A DNA stretch of 64,000 bases from Podarcis erhardii (Eukaryota): NCBI GenBank assembly GCA_964252035.1, contig OZ176200.1; one strand, written 5' to 3'. Shown here one piece after another: positions 62,779 to 64,000 of the stretch. The translations under genes and the position numbers were made by a program. Positions within the stretch are counted from its first letter, which is position 1. The number at the start of each line of letters is the position of its first letter. A model generated the notes under the pieces. That model did no database searches. It saw only the letters and a program-made list of their open reading frames with translations, and was not told the origin of the DNA.

Positions 62779-64000
62779 TAATGCATGAATTGTTTCATTA
62801 CATTTACAATTCCTGGCTTGAAAATCAGTTATTTTTCACCATTATTTTTAATTTTTTCCATAGAAAAGCAAACTGCAAATCTGTTTGATTAAAGGAGCAT
62901 AAGCTGAATGATAAGATTTTAATTTAACATTTGTGTTGGCTTTGTTTAAAATGGAACCATAAAAAAATACTTATTATAACTGAAATGTAAAAACACATTA
63001 AAGTATTATTTAACAAGTGACTTTTAAAAATTAAATAAATTATTTCTTAACCTTGATCATATTTGGATTCCCTGCAATAGATCTCATGAAGACAGCTCTT
63101 AGTATATAATCTCAAAATGGTCAGGAATGTGGTGTGAATGTTCCTAGTTTCTCATGAGGGGAAAATCCATTCCGGGATAAGAATAATTTCTGTAGGCCAC
63201 AATTGTTGGGCCTTGGTGGAACTGTGAATCAGGTACAGAGGTGGGAGTGCTCACCTGTAGCACTGTGCCCTGGCTTGCTGTGCAAGTCATCTCATAGTTG
63301 ATGCAGTTATACACAGGAAGACTGTTGGCCTTGAGTACATAGGAGCTGTAATTGATGCCAATAGTTAAAAATAACAAAGACTAGAAATTAACAACAACAA
63401 CAAAACTGCATTCGATGAAGGCTCTGAACAAGAATGCACTCATCGAGCTTTCAATGTGGAAACTTAATTTTCAGATTTTTATGATGCTGGCAACTTTCAA
63501 AACCATTTACCCTATTCCGGGCCTAGTGGCCATGCAGATAAACATTGTAAAATTTGGTCACTTGCATGGGGCCAAGTAGAACGTTGAAGGACAGATCTAT
63601 AAAGTACAAATTACAAACCCTTTGTATTGTTCTGTCATTGCACGGCCTGTTAGAACAGGTAGTTAATGCCTAAAGTAAAAGGGGGAAATTTATATAGGTA
63701 ACTAGAAAGTAGGTGTTTACCCTCTCTTTGACCTTTATCAGTTAGGATTCATATGAGTGCTATTCTTAGATTATATAACATATCCCTGCCACTACATCAT
63801 TATATAACCATGGGTTTATCCTTCCAATGCACTGTATTCCTCTTATTTTATGAAGATGGGGATAATTTTGTTTTGTCTTAAACACTTTTGGGTTGCAAAA
63901 GTGAAGTACTTAACATTTGGATGTAGTGCTTTTGCAGCTGACTCCTAATGCAACGTTTTTCAGAGGGGTAGCTGTGTAAGTTTATTGCCTCAATAATAAC

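Overview
Vertebrate genomic DNA from a squamate, most likely a lacertid lizard (Podarcis/Lacerta type), judged from POM-type Sauria SINEs, BovB and lizard L1/L2/CR1 fragments. The ORF track is mostly noise and the real genes are spliced. (1) The 3' two-thirds of TMEM62 lies on + as 9 GT-AG exons (1383-8124), giving 434 aa plus stop. (2) The complete PTGR2 coding sequence lies on - as 9 coding exons (25956 to 12582, 1044 nt, 347 aa), tail-to-tail with TMEM62. (3) There are three CpG-rich promoter regions. About 31.1-32.0 kb is probably PTGR2. About 36.0-37.6 kb and 57.1-60.0 kb each carry a strong + strand donor and are probably alternative non-coding first exons of the divergent gene, inferred from synteny only to be MIDEAS/ELMSAN1. 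The rest is intronic or intergenic and rich in TEs, many with readable TSDs. There are three N gaps. The most notable hidden signals are: a complete minimal type I hammerhead ribozyme core inside a TSD-flanked, Penelope-type hairpin insertion (32309-32519); a phase-compatible candidate alternative last exon for PTGR2 (11313-11554); a dense GATA-site cluster between the two genes; and a local duplication giving filled and empty MITE sites around PTGR2 exon 7. Gene names come from my recall of human protein sequences, and no database search was run.
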